A stretch of DNA of 64,000 nucleotides from Phycisphaerae bacterium (GTDB lineage: Bacteria > Planctomycetota > Phycisphaerae > WQYP01). Below the pieces are notes generated by a model. The model had not been told where the DNA came from and ran no database searches. It worked only from the letters and a program-made list of their open reading frames with translations. Positions 1 through 9,310 of the stretch are shown here, piece by piece (positions within the stretch are counted from its first letter, which is position 1; each line of letters starts with the position of its first letter). Position numbers and translations under genes: made by a program. Location of the stretch: contig JBQCGD010000071.1 of assembly GCA_051955985.1 (NCBI GenBank), forward strand, positions 27,036-91,035. Direction: 5' to 3'.

Positions 1-787
1 GGATGATTTCGCGGTTGGAATAGCCGCGGCCGACGCCGAGGTTGTAGAACAAACCGTGTCCGGGCTTGAGGTTTTCGAGGAGGACGAGGTGTGCTTCGAC
101 GAGGTCCCAGACGTGGATGTAGTCGCGGATGCAGGTGCCGTCCTTGGTGGGGTAGTCGGTGCCGAAGAGGTCCATGTGGGATTTTTTGCCGAGGGCGACG
201 TTGAGGAGGACGGGGATGATGTGGGTTTCGGGGCGGTGGTCTTCGCCGATGGAGCCGTCGGGGGCGCAGCCGGCGACGTTGAAGTAGCGCGGGGCGGCGA
301 AGGCGAGGCCTTCGGCCTTGGCGGTGTCTTTGAGGATGTGTTCGACCATGAGTTTGGAGTCGCCGTAGGGATTGATGGGGTTTTGGGGGAGGTCTTCGGT
401 GATGGGCATTTTCGGCGGCATGCCGTAGGTGGCGCAGGTGGAGGAGAAGACGAGTTTTTTGATGCCGGCGGCGTGCATGGCGTCGAGCATGGAGACGGTG
501 TTGGAGACGTTGTTGCGGTAGTACTTGCGGGGGTCGGTGACGGACTCGCCGACGTAGGCGGATGCGGCAAAGTGCATCACCGCTTCGACTTTTTCTTTCT
601 GGAAGATGTCAATGATCTGGAAGGTGTTGGCGAGGTCGGCGACGTAGAACTTCGCGCGTGGATCAACGGCGGCGCGGTGGCCGTTGGAGAGATTGTCGAT
701 GCAGGTGACGGCATGGCCCTTTTGGACGAGCAGTTTGACCGCATGGGAGCCGATGTAGCCGGCCCCGCCGATGACGCAGATATTCAT
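1..787 (-). CDS. galE: UDP-glucose 4-epimerase (3' end cut by window edge)
   Basis: Minus-strand translation from ATG at 787 reads MNICVIGGAGYIGSH...; Rossmann GxxGxxG and SDR YxxxK (PYGDSK) motifs; absent from ORF track because it runs off the window. Confidence 0.8.
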   Translation of the reverse strand, partial: MNICVIGGAGYIGSHAVKLLVQKGHAVTCIDNLSNGHRAAVDPRAKFYVADLANTFQIIDIFQKEKVEAVMHFAASAYVGESVTDPRKYYRNNVSNTVSMLDAMHAAGIKKLVFSSTCATYGMPPKMPITEDLPQNPINPYGDSKLMVEHILKDTAKAEGLAFAAPRYFNVAGCAPDGSIGEDHRPETHIIPVLLNVALGKKSHMDLFGTDYPTKDGTCIRDYIHVWDLVEAHLVLLENLKPGHGLFYNLGVGRGYSNREII

Positions 788-1063
788 GAGAAACCTTCCG
801 TTAGAATGACTCGGGCCAGGGGCCGCGGGCGAGCAGGGGGCGGCCGGCCGGAACGTGTATTGTCTGAATTGCAGACGGCGCGCCAAGCGGTGAGGCGTGG
901 CGGGGTCCAGAAACGTTTTGGGGAAGAATCGGGGGGGGCGCCTGCAGATGGGAGCGTCCAGGATCGCCAGTCCATGGAAGGGGTGGGGTTGTTTTGTGCG
1001 GTCTTTGCGCGGCAATGGCGCTTGCGCTTTGTAGAACCGGTTCCCTTTCAGGAGGAGCATCCC

Positions 1064-1570
1064 ATGAGGAAGGTGGCGAGTGTTGCTGCAGGTCTGCTGA
1101 TCCTTGGGGCGATGGCGTGTCCGGCGCGGGCGGCGGGGGTGACCGCGGCGCTTCCGGACAACGACACCGCCCAGAAGATGGTCAACGATTTTGCGCCGTG
1201 GATCAGCGCGATCATCCAGCAGCGGTTTGCCGTGGCGAGCAAGATTTACCCATTGGAGAAATACGCGGAGACGCAACTGGAGAATTCCGGGGCGGCGCAG
1301 GTGTTCAGCAAGGTGACGCGGATCGACGACACGACGGTGTCGCTGGTGGGAGTGCATATCCTGGGGGACCACATCGGCACGGCGCTTTTTACGCTGCCGA
1401 CGGAGCACGGGGTGATCGCGATCAAGGTGTCGTATTACCGCTACGGCACGGACACGCACGTGGGGAAGGTGGAGATTGCAGACAAGTGGACGGAGATTGA
1501 GTTGCTGGCGGAGACGGTCAATGCGTTGCCGGCGCCGGTGACGGCGGTGTTGTCGAGCCGGGTGCAGTGA
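1064..1570 (+). CDS. hypothetical secreted protein (signal peptide MRKVASVAAGLLILGAMACPARA)
   Basis: GGAGGA RBS 8 nt upstream of ATG 1064; N-terminal signal peptide; 5' two-thirds of the listed 56..1570 ORF is antisense of galE and was discarded. Confidence 0.45.
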   Translation: MRKVASVAAGLLILGAMACPARAAGVTAALPDNDTAQKMVNDFAPWISAIIQQRFAVASKIYPLEKYAETQLENSGAAQVFSKVTRIDDTTVSLVGVHILGDHIGTALFTLPTEHGVIAIKVSYYRYGTDTHVGKVEIADKWTEIELLAETVNALPAPVTAVLSSRVQ

Positions 1571-1677
1571 GGGGGGTGGGCGGGGGTCTGGGGGCTGGGG
1601 AATGGGGTATGTGAATTCGTGGGTCTGGAGGGGGGTTTGAGGCTTTGGGTTGCAGGGCGGCATTCTTCGCGGACATG

Positions 1678-1702
1678 GCCGACGAGGGCGTCGGCCCCAC
1701 TT
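1678..1702 (-). repeat. family-E stop-adjacent hairpin GCCGACGAGGGCGTCGGCCCCACTTT
   Basis: Immediately 3' of ferredoxin gene stop; one of five near-identical copies. Confidence 0.5.
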
Positions 1703-2590
1703 TCAGGCGATGATGGGGTCGACGGTGGGGCCGCGGGGGGTGATGGTGATGGCGCGGGGTTCGGTGGGGCAGCGGTTTTCGCAGAGGCCGCAGCCGATGC
1801 AGATGTTTTTGCGGACGATGATTTTGCCGGTGAGGGGGCTGGCGGTGATGGCCTGGAGGCCGTTGTCGTTGGCGACGGGGCAGACGTCGATGCAGAGGGT
1901 GCAGTTTTCGCCGCGGTCGCGGAGGCAGGTGGCGTGATCGACTTTGGCGGTGCCCATGTCGATGTTCAACATGTCGAGCATCTGGAGCGCGCCGGAGGGG
2001 CATGACTGCATGCAGGCAAGTTCACTGCAGACGACGCAGGGCTGATCGGCGGGAACGACGTAGGGGAAGCCGTCGGCGGTGAGATGGTTGGGATCGAGCT
2101 GGATGGCGTCGGCGGGGCAGGCCTCGACGCATTTGGCGCAGCGTGAGCAGACCGACTCGAACTGGCCGGGGTCCATGGCGCCCGGGGGGCGGAGGTAGCG
2201 ATCGAGCAGGTGCTTTTTCTTCGGTGTTTCGGGCTTGCCGACGGGGAGCGAGTATTTGCCGATGTGAATCTGATCGAGCTTGGGGGGCTCGCTCTTCGCA
2301 AATCGTTCGGCCTGGTCGGGGATGGCCTCGATGGCGTTCAGGAGGGGGTTGATTTTGCGTTCGATGACGCCGGCAAAGGGAGAGAGGACCTCTTTCATGG
2401 CATCGGAGAAGAAATCGCGACGCTCCTTTGGGCGTACGGGCTTCACGCGGCGCACTTCGGAGGTCGGCCGCGGCGGAGGGGGGGGCACCGCGGGTTTCTG
2501 GGGCGGGACCTCCGGCGCGCGGGGCGGCGGGGCCGGGGATTTCGCGGGCTCGGGGGCGGGGGATTGTTCTGATTGCGTATCGCTCATCAC
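1703..2590 (-). CDS. 4Fe-4S ferredoxin-type protein with Pro-rich N-terminus (NapG/MauM-like)
   Basis: Four CxxCxxCxxxCP clusters (CSRCAKCVEACP, CVVCSELACMQSCP, CTLCIDVCP, CIGCGLCENRCP). Confidence 0.7.
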   Translation of the reverse strand: MMSDTQSEQSPAPEPAKSPAPPPRAPEVPPQKPAVPPPPPRPTSEVRRVKPVRPKERRDFFSDAMKEVLSPFAGVIERKINPLLNAIEAIPDQAERFAKSEPPKLDQIHIGKYSLPVGKPETPKKKHLLDRYLRPPGAMDPGQFESVCSRCAKCVEACPADAIQLDPNHLTADGFPYVVPADQPCVVCSELACMQSCPSGALQMLDMLNIDMGTAKVDHATCLRDRGENCTLCIDVCPVANDNGLQAITASPLTGKIIVRKNICIGCGLCENRCPTEPRAITITPRGPTVDPIIA

Positions 2591-2667
2591 TCTTGCCGAT
2601 ATTATACGCAGAGGGCCGCGTCGTTCTCGCGGTCCGGGGCATGCACTTTCGGAAATTCGGCGGACCG

Positions 2668-3315
2668 ATGCAAACGCTGCACGATTTTTTCCTGATTCTC
2701 CTGCCGTTGTTTGTGGTGATGGACCCGGCGGGGACGCTGCCGGTGTATGTGGCGTTGACCGCGCATTACACCGACGAGCAGCGGCGTCAGATCGCGGTGA
2801 AGGCGACGGTGGTGGCAGCGGTAACGGGGATCCTGTTCGTGGTTCTGGGGCAGGCGATATTTAATTTTCTGGGGATCCAGTTTGCGGATTTTCAGATTGC
2901 CGGGGGCATATTGCTGGTAATCCTGGCGGTGCTGGATCTGCTTAGTCCGGGGAAGCCGGCGGTGAATGAGGCGGCACAGACGGATCCGGCGGCGTCGATC
3001 GGGATTGTGCCGCTGGCAGTGCCGCTGATCGTGGGGCCGGCGACGATGACGACGAGCCTGCTGCTGGTGAACACGTACGCGAAGACGTATGGGCAGGTGC
3101 TGGTGGCGGCGATGGTGTGCGCGGGGCTGCTGCTGAACCTGGCGGTGCTTTTCGTGGCGATGTGGTTTTCGGGCCGGCTGGTGGCCCTCATCGGGCGGAA
3201 CACGATGAGCGTGGTGAACAAGATTGTGATGATCCTGCTGGCGGCGATTGCGGTCAGCTTGATACGCCAGGGGATCGTGAGTATTGTCAACGACCTCCGC
3301 GTGCCGCCGGTATGA
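2668..3315 (+). CDS. MarC family (UPF0056) integral membrane protein
   Basis: MQTLHDFFLILLPLFVVMDPAGTLPVYVAL... typical MarC N-terminus, 6 TM segments; start chosen at 2668 to avoid overlap with ferredoxin gene. Confidence 0.7.
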   Translation: MQTLHDFFLILLPLFVVMDPAGTLPVYVALTAHYTDEQRRQIAVKATVVAAVTGILFVVLGQAIFNFLGIQFADFQIAGGILLVILAVLDLLSPGKPAVNEAAQTDPAASIGIVPLAVPLIVGPATMTTSLLLVNTYAKTYGQVLVAAMVCAGLLLNLAVLFVAMWFSGRLVALIGRNTMSVVNKIVMILLAAIAVSLIRQGIVSIVNDLRVPPV

Positions 3316-3364
3316 AAGCGGTGGAGCGCGGCAGCCGCGTGATCCGCCCCGAAAGGTTTCCCCG

Positions 3365-3721
3365 ATGAACGAATCCGAAACGTCCGCAGGTCTGAGCCCC
3401 GAACAGAAGACTGTCCGGTATGCCCCGGGCTCGGTGGTGCGCATCACGCAGCAGATTCCCCGCCGCACGGATACGGTTGTCACGACCGTCACCGGCACGG
3501 TGATGCGGCAGGAGAGGCAGCCTTCCGGAAGCTGGTACGCCCGGAACGCAGGGAGCAAGGTGTGGCTCGACCGGCTGGTGATCCGGAAAGAGGATGGGGA
3601 GATCACGATTCTCAACCTGGATGAATACACGGTGGTGGAAGTGATTCGGGGGCCGGAGGCGGTTCGTGCGGAATCGCCGCTGGTGGTACCCGCCCGGGAT
3701 GCCGCCGCGGGTTTGACGTAA
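3365..3721 (+). CDS. hypothetical protein
   Basis: ORF with GAAAGG upstream of ATG 3365; no recognisable motif. Confidence 0.3.
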   Translation: MNESETSAGLSPEQKTVRYAPGSVVRITQQIPRRTDTVVTTVTGTVMRQERQPSGSWYARNAGSKVWLDRLVIRKEDGEITILNLDEYTVVEVIRGPEAVRAESPLVVPARDAAAGLT

Positions 3722-3735
3722 TCGCCCATTCCCGA

Positions 3736-5256
3736 TTATCGGAAGACGGTGTATGCCGCCGCAGCGATCAGGAGCGCCGGCGGGATGATCCATCGCAGGC
3801 GTCGGGGGCCGTGGAGTGAGAAGACCACGTAGAGCATGCAGACGAGCAGGACGGTCTGGTCGGCACCGGGGCGGCTCAATTCCCCCGCGCCGAAGTTGTT
3901 CAGGAGCATCGTCAGCAAGCCCAGGAGCAACGCCAGCACGCCGGCGAAATGGGGGGGGGTTGTGCCGCGGGGCCCGGCGCGCCAGCCGAGTCCCACCACC
4001 ACGATGCCGAGGACGATGAGCGGGAAGTCGAGCAGGCCGACGATCTGCTGGAAGAGTTTATCGGGGGAGGGCGTGGGGCGGGCTTCTTCGAGGAGGCAGG
4101 CAATGCCGAAGATCAGGAGCCCGATTTCACCGGCAGCCATGACCACAAAACCGCGTGCCCGGGTTGCCGGGGGGGACGGTTTGACGCAAATCAAGTAACC
4201 GGCGGCGATGATCCAGAGGGCGAGGGCCGGGAGGAGCATGAGGAAATCGGGGGAGAGCCACGTGAGGAGGAGCGCAAGGGCCATGACCGCGAAGTAGCGC
4301 GCGACGTTGTTGCGGTTCATGGCGATGATGGCGCCGGCCATGAGCCCGAGCAGTCCGGTGCTCAGAAGGGTGTGATCGAAGGGCTGGGCCTTGTGGTAGA
4401 GCAGTGGGTTGAGGAGCACGAGGGAGAAGAACCCGTCCGCGACGCGCATGCGGTGCCGCACACGGCGCGCGGCGATCGTGAAGGCAAAAGCCGCTGCCGC
4501 CAGGAGTGCAACGTTTGCCACATCCCCCAGGGTTGCACCGCCCGGGTGGTAGCTGACCTCCAGCATGGCGGCGGCGATCATTGCCCACCAGAGCGACCAT
4601 ACCAGCAGGGGTGACTGCAGGGCCAATCCCACCCAGCGCGCGACGGGCCGCAGCGAGGAGGTCCGCTGTCCCATCTTCGTCGCCCGCACCTCCCCGAGGG
4701 GGCATTCCTGCAGATTGGCCTTCACCGTGAGCTCGATGCCCACCGTTTCGGCATGGACGGACTCGACGCGCTGCCAGTCGACGAAGGCGGGATCGTAGGC
4801 GCGGAATTGCGATTCCACGTTTCCCGGGTCGATTCCGGCCAGGACGAAAAGCGCCCAGTCTGCGATGCTCCGCCGGTGGCCCCGGCATGCGACGACCGCG
4901 CAATGCTCTTCCCGCACCCGTCGCACCATTGCAGGAATCGCAGCGACATCGTCGGCGCCGCTCGGATTGAGCGTCACCACCACGTCTCCGGCGGCGGCGC
5001 GAAAGCCCTCTGCGTATCCGCCGGCGTCATGATCGGTCTGCTCGACCACCCGCATCGCGGGCGGCCGCGTGGGCAGCGCGTCGATCATCTCCAGCGCGGG
5101 CGCATCGCAGATGACGAGAAATTCGTGGGCGAATCCGTGCAGGGCCCCGTGCATCCGCTGCACCTGCGCGAGGAGCACCTGACCGTCGTGCGGCGCCGGC
5201 AGCACGACCGAAATCATCCGCGACTGCGTTGCCTCAGAAACCTCGCCGCTCGTCAT
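3736..5256 (-). CDS. glycosyltransferase family 2-like domain fused to polytopic membrane domain
   Basis: N-terminal ISVVLPAP... GT-A-like start, C-terminal two-thirds strongly hydrophobic multi-TM. Confidence 0.45.
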   Translation of the reverse strand: MTSGEVSEATQSRMISVVLPAPHDGQVLLAQVQRMHGALHGFAHEFLVICDAPALEMIDALPTRPPAMRVVEQTDHDAGGYAEGFRAAAGDVVVTLNPSGADDVAAIPAMVRRVREEHCAVVACRGHRRSIADWALFVLAGIDPGNVESQFRAYDPAFVDWQRVESVHAETVGIELTVKANLQECPLGEVRATKMGQRTSSLRPVARWVGLALQSPLLVWSLWWAMIAAAMLEVSYHPGGATLGDVANVALLAAAAFAFTIAARRVRHRMRVADGFFSLVLLNPLLYHKAQPFDHTLLSTGLLGLMAGAIIAMNRNNVARYFAVMALALLLTWLSPDFLMLLPALALWIIAAGYLICVKPSPPATRARGFVVMAAGEIGLLIFGIACLLEEARPTPSPDKLFQQIVGLLDFPLIVLGIVVVGLGWRAGPRGTTPPHFAGVLALLLGLLTMLLNNFGAGELSRPGADQTVLLVCMLYVVFSLHGPRRLRWIIPPALLIAAAAYTVFR

Positions 5257-5266
5257 GGCCCAACGC

Positions 5267-5692
5267 TTACTGGCACTTCGGACACGTGCCGTGCAGAACC
5301 ACTTCCGGGTAATGAATGCTGTACCTGCTGCCGACGCCTAATGACTTCACGAAGTCGCGAGGAATCTCGGCTTCTTTCAAGCATTCCACCTTGCCGCATT
5401 CCTCGCAGATAAAGTGGGGGTGCTGGTGCGCCGGGGCTTCCTGGGGATTACCGAGGGCATAGCGCGAGACGCCATCCTCGCCGCGCACGCGGTGAATCAC
5501 GCCCTTTTTGGTGAAGGTGTTCAACGTCCGGTAGATGGTGACGGTGTCGGTATGCGGCGGCAGCTTCGCCTGAATCTCAACGGCTCCCAGCGGCCGCGAC
5601 GAGCCCCCCAGCACCTCCAGCACGCCTGCCCGCACGGGCGTGCGCCGCAGCTTGCTCTGCCTGATCAGCCGTTCCACCAACTCGTCATTCAT
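5267..5692 (-). CDS. Fur family transcriptional regulator (Fur/Zur/PerR)
   Basis: Winged-helix N-terminus, HxH...CEECG...CPKC metal-site pattern typical of the Fur family. Confidence 0.75.
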   Translation of the reverse strand: MNDELVERLIRQSKLRRTPVRAGVLEVLGGSSRPLGAVEIQAKLPPHTDTVTIYRTLNTFTKKGVIHRVRGEDGVSRYALGNPQEAPAHQHPHFICEECGKVECLKEAEIPRDFVKSLGVGSRYSIHYPEVVLHGTCPKCQ

Positions 5693-5758
5693 GCCAGAAT
5701 CTTACCCCGCGGCCCCGGCATGGCAACCGGCGTTGGTTTCGAGGGGCGAGGCGCCGGC

Positions 5759-8305
5759 TCATCGGCGCGGGAGATTTCGCGCCTTTCGTCCGCCCTGCCT
5801 TTTGGCGGCAGGCGCGGGCGGTGCGGGGTCAGGCGTCGGCGCCGTCAGGGCGGGCCCGGTTGCGGCCGATGCGGGGGCTTTTGCAATCTCCCAGAGCCTG
5901 TAAATGACTTGAGGGTCGTGCCTCGGCGGGTCGGTTTGCGCCTGCGGGGCCACCGCAAATCGCCGCTTCCCGCCGAACGCCCGCACGTTCGCTATATTTC
6001 CCACCATCTGCATCGTGGGCACTTCCCAGTCCTCCACTTTTTTCACAACGCACCCATCCCCTGTCGGCGGCACCTCCACGCGCCCCACCCGGGGGCTCTC
6101 CTGCCGGACGAACATCACCCGGCGCCCTTCCGCCAGGTAGTGCGTAATCAGATCCATTTTGGCGCGCCGCAGTTCGCTGGCCGGCCGGGAGTTCCAGTTC
6201 CCGTTTTTGTCCTGCACGCCCAGCAGTTCCTCATAAAAACGGGAGCGCTCGAGCTGGATCGGATCGGGGTCATCCTGCTTATCCTTGTCGGAGTCCCGGA
6301 TCTCCACGCGGCGTTTTGAATCCGCAAAAAACGGTCCGTTGAAGAGCGTGTCGTTGATCAGTTGCCAGCCCCCCACCGCGTCGAGATCATTCAAGATGCG
6401 ATCTTCGCTGAAAATAACCGTCCCGGCCGGCGCCTTCTTTCGCAGGACATTGACTGTCGACCGCAGACCCACGAATTGCGTGTAGTTCGCCATCACCTGG
6501 GGCATGAAGTTGTGCAGGTTGATCCCGCACCCGATCGCCGTCAGGATGCCGGCGCCGAGCGCCATACCGACCTTTGCGGCGGCGAACTCCCGGTCAAAAA
6601 TCCAGATGCCCGCAATTACGAGGAGGATGAAGCCGGCGATCCCCATCCCCAGCCAGCTTTCCCACACAAAATCGCGAACCGCGGCCCACGTGGTCGTCAG
6701 GAGGGGGAGGCCCAGCTCGATGGGCGCATCATCGAGGTACAATGCCACGCAGATGAAGAAAAATGCCCCGAAGGCCGTGATGGCCAGCAGCGACGCCCAG
6801 CGCTCGCCCCGCAGCACGGCCAGGCCACGGTCCAGGAGCCAGAGCCCCGCGAAAACCAACCCCGGCACGATCGACATGAAAAAGCGCATGTACCCCAGGG
6901 TGTTTTCGCCACCCGGCGCCCAGTAGTAGAGCATGTACAACAATGTCGATGGCAGCACCCAGAGCGCCAGCAGCATCCCGAGCCGCCAGGCCGACCCCGC
7001 CATGGCAAACAACCCCGCGATCGCCAGCGGCCACAGGACGAACAGGCCGGTGTGGTTCAACTGCGTGACCATGGTTTCCCAGTTGCCCACGCGACCGGGG
7101 AGCCCGTCGCCAAAATCACCGCTCAGGTACTTCCAGGCGAAGCCGGTGCTTTCCCGGCAGTAGGTGTATCCGGTCTTCCACGGCGCGCCGAACGCGATCC
7201 AGCAGACCCCCGCGAGGACCGCAATGGGAATCGACCACGCCAGCATCAGCGAGAGCGATCCCCAGGCCCGCTTCCAGTTCATCCGGAAATTCAGGAGCGC
7301 GGCAAACAAGACGGGGAGGACCAGCAGGAACTCCGAGTAGCGGATGGTGCACGCATATCCCAGTGCGAACCCGCCGATCCAGGCGCGCCAGTTCTGCCCG
7401 GTACGGAGCCAGGAGAGCACGCCCCAGAATCCCACCGTCACGCAGAACAGCGTGGACGCATGCGAGTTCGCATCGTTGGCGTAGTAGAGGACCAGCGGAT
7501 TGCACGCCAGCCAGATCACGCCGAGCAGGCTCATGAAGGGCGTCACGGCCTGGCGGAAGAGAAAGTAGGCGAAGTAGCACGCCAGCACCGTGCAGAGCGG
7601 ATTGACCACGTACATGCCGTCGATGCCGCCGATCAAGCGTCCGAGGGCCGCGAGGAGCGGGAAGCCGAAGGGGTATTTCGCGTAGACCCGGTATTGCGCC
7701 GGCTGGGCCGCATCCGCGGGCCCGTACGGCTCGGTGATGATGTCCATGCGTCCGGCGAACTGGTAGGGCGTCTCGGGCACGAAGCTCAATCGATTCCGCA
7801 GCCAGTCAAACGCGTGCCATTGCTGCATGGATGAAGGCATTGGGTGTTCCGCGGCGCGTGCCAGCAGGTCCGCCGTCGGATCATGCAGATCGCGACGCAG
7901 GGGGTATGGCAACTGGGGCGTAAACAGGGCGCGCAGCCGGTCGTAACCGGTCCAGTTCGGCAACGGCCCGGGCGTGGCGGAAACGTCGACGGCGGGCGCG
8001 GGGCGCTCGGGCGAAAAGATGTTCCTGTCCCCCGCAATGAGCCGGGCGGTCATCAGATATCCGTTCTGATCCACCCCGGCATGCGCCCCGGCGTAAAAAA
8101 ACGACAGGGCGTATGCGTAGAGCCCCACGATTGCGATGAAAACCATCACGGCGAGCCAGCGCCGGCCGCTTTCCTCCTCCGGCGTGGGCCACAAGGGGCG
8201 TTCGGCAAGCGCCGGCGTCGAGCCTTTTCGGGGAGCGGGCACAGCCACGGATTCCGGCGGCCGCGAAGACGTCAAACCTGCTGGTGCCAAAGGGTAAGTC
8301 GACAT
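5759..8305 (-). CDS. large polytopic membrane protein, GT-C-fold glycosyltransferase-like (ArnT/PMT-like) with C-terminal soluble domain
   Basis: About 12 TM helices in first 560 aa then charged soluble tail; start placed at second Met (8305), first Met at 8353 also possible. Confidence 0.5.
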   Translation of the reverse strand: MSTYPLAPAGLTSSRPPESVAVPAPRKGSTPALAERPLWPTPEEESGRRWLAVMVFIAIVGLYAYALSFFYAGAHAGVDQNGYLMTARLIAGDRNIFSPERPAPAVDVSATPGPLPNWTGYDRLRALFTPQLPYPLRRDLHDPTADLLARAAEHPMPSSMQQWHAFDWLRNRLSFVPETPYQFAGRMDIITEPYGPADAAQPAQYRVYAKYPFGFPLLAALGRLIGGIDGMYVVNPLCTVLACYFAYFLFRQAVTPFMSLLGVIWLACNPLVLYYANDANSHASTLFCVTVGFWGVLSWLRTGQNWRAWIGGFALGYACTIRYSEFLLVLPVLFAALLNFRMNWKRAWGSLSLMLAWSIPIAVLAGVCWIAFGAPWKTGYTYCRESTGFAWKYLSGDFGDGLPGRVGNWETMVTQLNHTGLFVLWPLAIAGLFAMAGSAWRLGMLLALWVLPSTLLYMLYYWAPGGENTLGYMRFFMSIVPGLVFAGLWLLDRGLAVLRGERWASLLAITAFGAFFFICVALYLDDAPIELGLPLLTTTWAAVRDFVWESWLGMGIAGFILLVIAGIWIFDREFAAAKVGMALGAGILTAIGCGINLHNFMPQVMANYTQFVGLRSTVNVLRKKAPAGTVIFSEDRILNDLDAVGGWQLINDTLFNGPFFADSKRRVEIRDSDKDKQDDPDPIQLERSRFYEELLGVQDKNGNWNSRPASELRRAKMDLITHYLAEGRRVMFVRQESPRVGRVEVPPTGDGCVVKKVEDWEVPTMQMVGNIANVRAFGGKRRFAVAPQAQTDPPRHDPQVIYRLWEIAKAPASAATGPALTAPTPDPAPPAPAAKRQGGRKARNLPRR

Positions 8306-8487
8306 GGCGTCCTTCACACAACACAGAACCGCCGCAGTTATCGGCATTTCCAATCCGCGAACATGCTAAACGCATCGGCACTTCCGATGTTGCGGTCCAT
8401 GCGACTGTTCCCCATCCGCAAAAATCACGTTGCCGCCGCATCCAAGTCCTTCCCTCATTCGGCCGATGACACTGGAGAGGTCATTTC

Positions 8488-9270
8488 ATGCTCGATGAAT
8501 CCGCACTTGATATTGAGAATGCCGTTTCGGCCCACCTGATGCGCGAATCGCAGAAGATGGAGGAGGAGCTTCTGCAGGCCCGCGCGGTCCAGCGGTACCT
8601 TCTTCCGCCGGAGGTGCAGGAGCACGCGGGTTTCCGTACGGCGTTCGTGTATCACCCGCTGCACCATGTGGGCGGCGACTTCCTGGATACGCTGCTCCGC
8701 CCCGACGGAAAACTCGTCCTCATGATCGGTGATGTTTCCGGGCACGGCATGGCAGCGGCGCTCAGTTCCGCCATGCTCAAGACGGCGTTTCTCCGCCACG
8801 CCCCCGGCGCGAGCGGCCCGGGTCACCTGCTGTCGCTCATCGACGCGGAGCTCCACAAAACGGTCCGCTTCGGCCGCTTTGTGACTGCCATGATTGCCTG
8901 GTTTGATGTGGCGACAAGGACGCTGACCGTTTCTTCGGCCGGCCATCCGCCTGCACTCCTCATGCGGCGGGGCGAAGTTTCCCGGGTTGAGGCCGAGCCC
9001 CACCTGCCGCTTTTCACCGGGGATGCCGTTGAATACCCCGATGCGCCTGCGATCCAGATGCTGCCCGAGGACCGGCTCCTCCTGATGACCGACGGGGTGC
9101 TCGAAGCGACGCGCTCCTCCGGCGAGATGATCACCACCGACGAAGTGAGCAAGGTGGTCAGTTCCTGCCCGGTCGACGGCAACTTTGCGGCGTGCATCTT
9201 TGAATCGCTTTTCTTTTCCGATCTCGTCTTCAACGACGACGTGAGCCTGCTGGCGCTGGAAGTGAGATAG
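8488..9270 (+). CDS. PP2C-type Ser/Thr phosphatase, SpoIIE/RsbU family
   Basis: GDVSGHG metal-binding signature, LLLMTDG second Asp motif. Confidence 0.7.
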   Translation: MLDESALDIENAVSAHLMRESQKMEEELLQARAVQRYLLPPEVQEHAGFRTAFVYHPLHHVGGDFLDTLLRPDGKLVLMIGDVSGHGMAAALSSAMLKTAFLRHAPGASGPGHLLSLIDAELHKTVRFGRFVTAMIAWFDVATRTLTVSSAGHPPALLMRRGEVSRVEAEPHLPLFTGDAVEYPDAPAIQMLPEDRLLLMTDGVLEATRSSGEMITTDEVSKVVSSCPVDGNFAACIFESLFFSDLVFNDDVSLLALEVR

Positions 9271-9310
9271 CGGGGTACCGTCCGGTGCAATGGCCGGACC
9301 TGTTATCTGT

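Noticed and set aside
56-1570. 504-aa plus-strand ORF
   Set aside because: Its first two-thirds is the antisense strand of a clear galE gene (Gly/Val/Asp-rich low complexity). Only the 3' part, 1064..1570, which has its own RBS and signal peptide, was kept.
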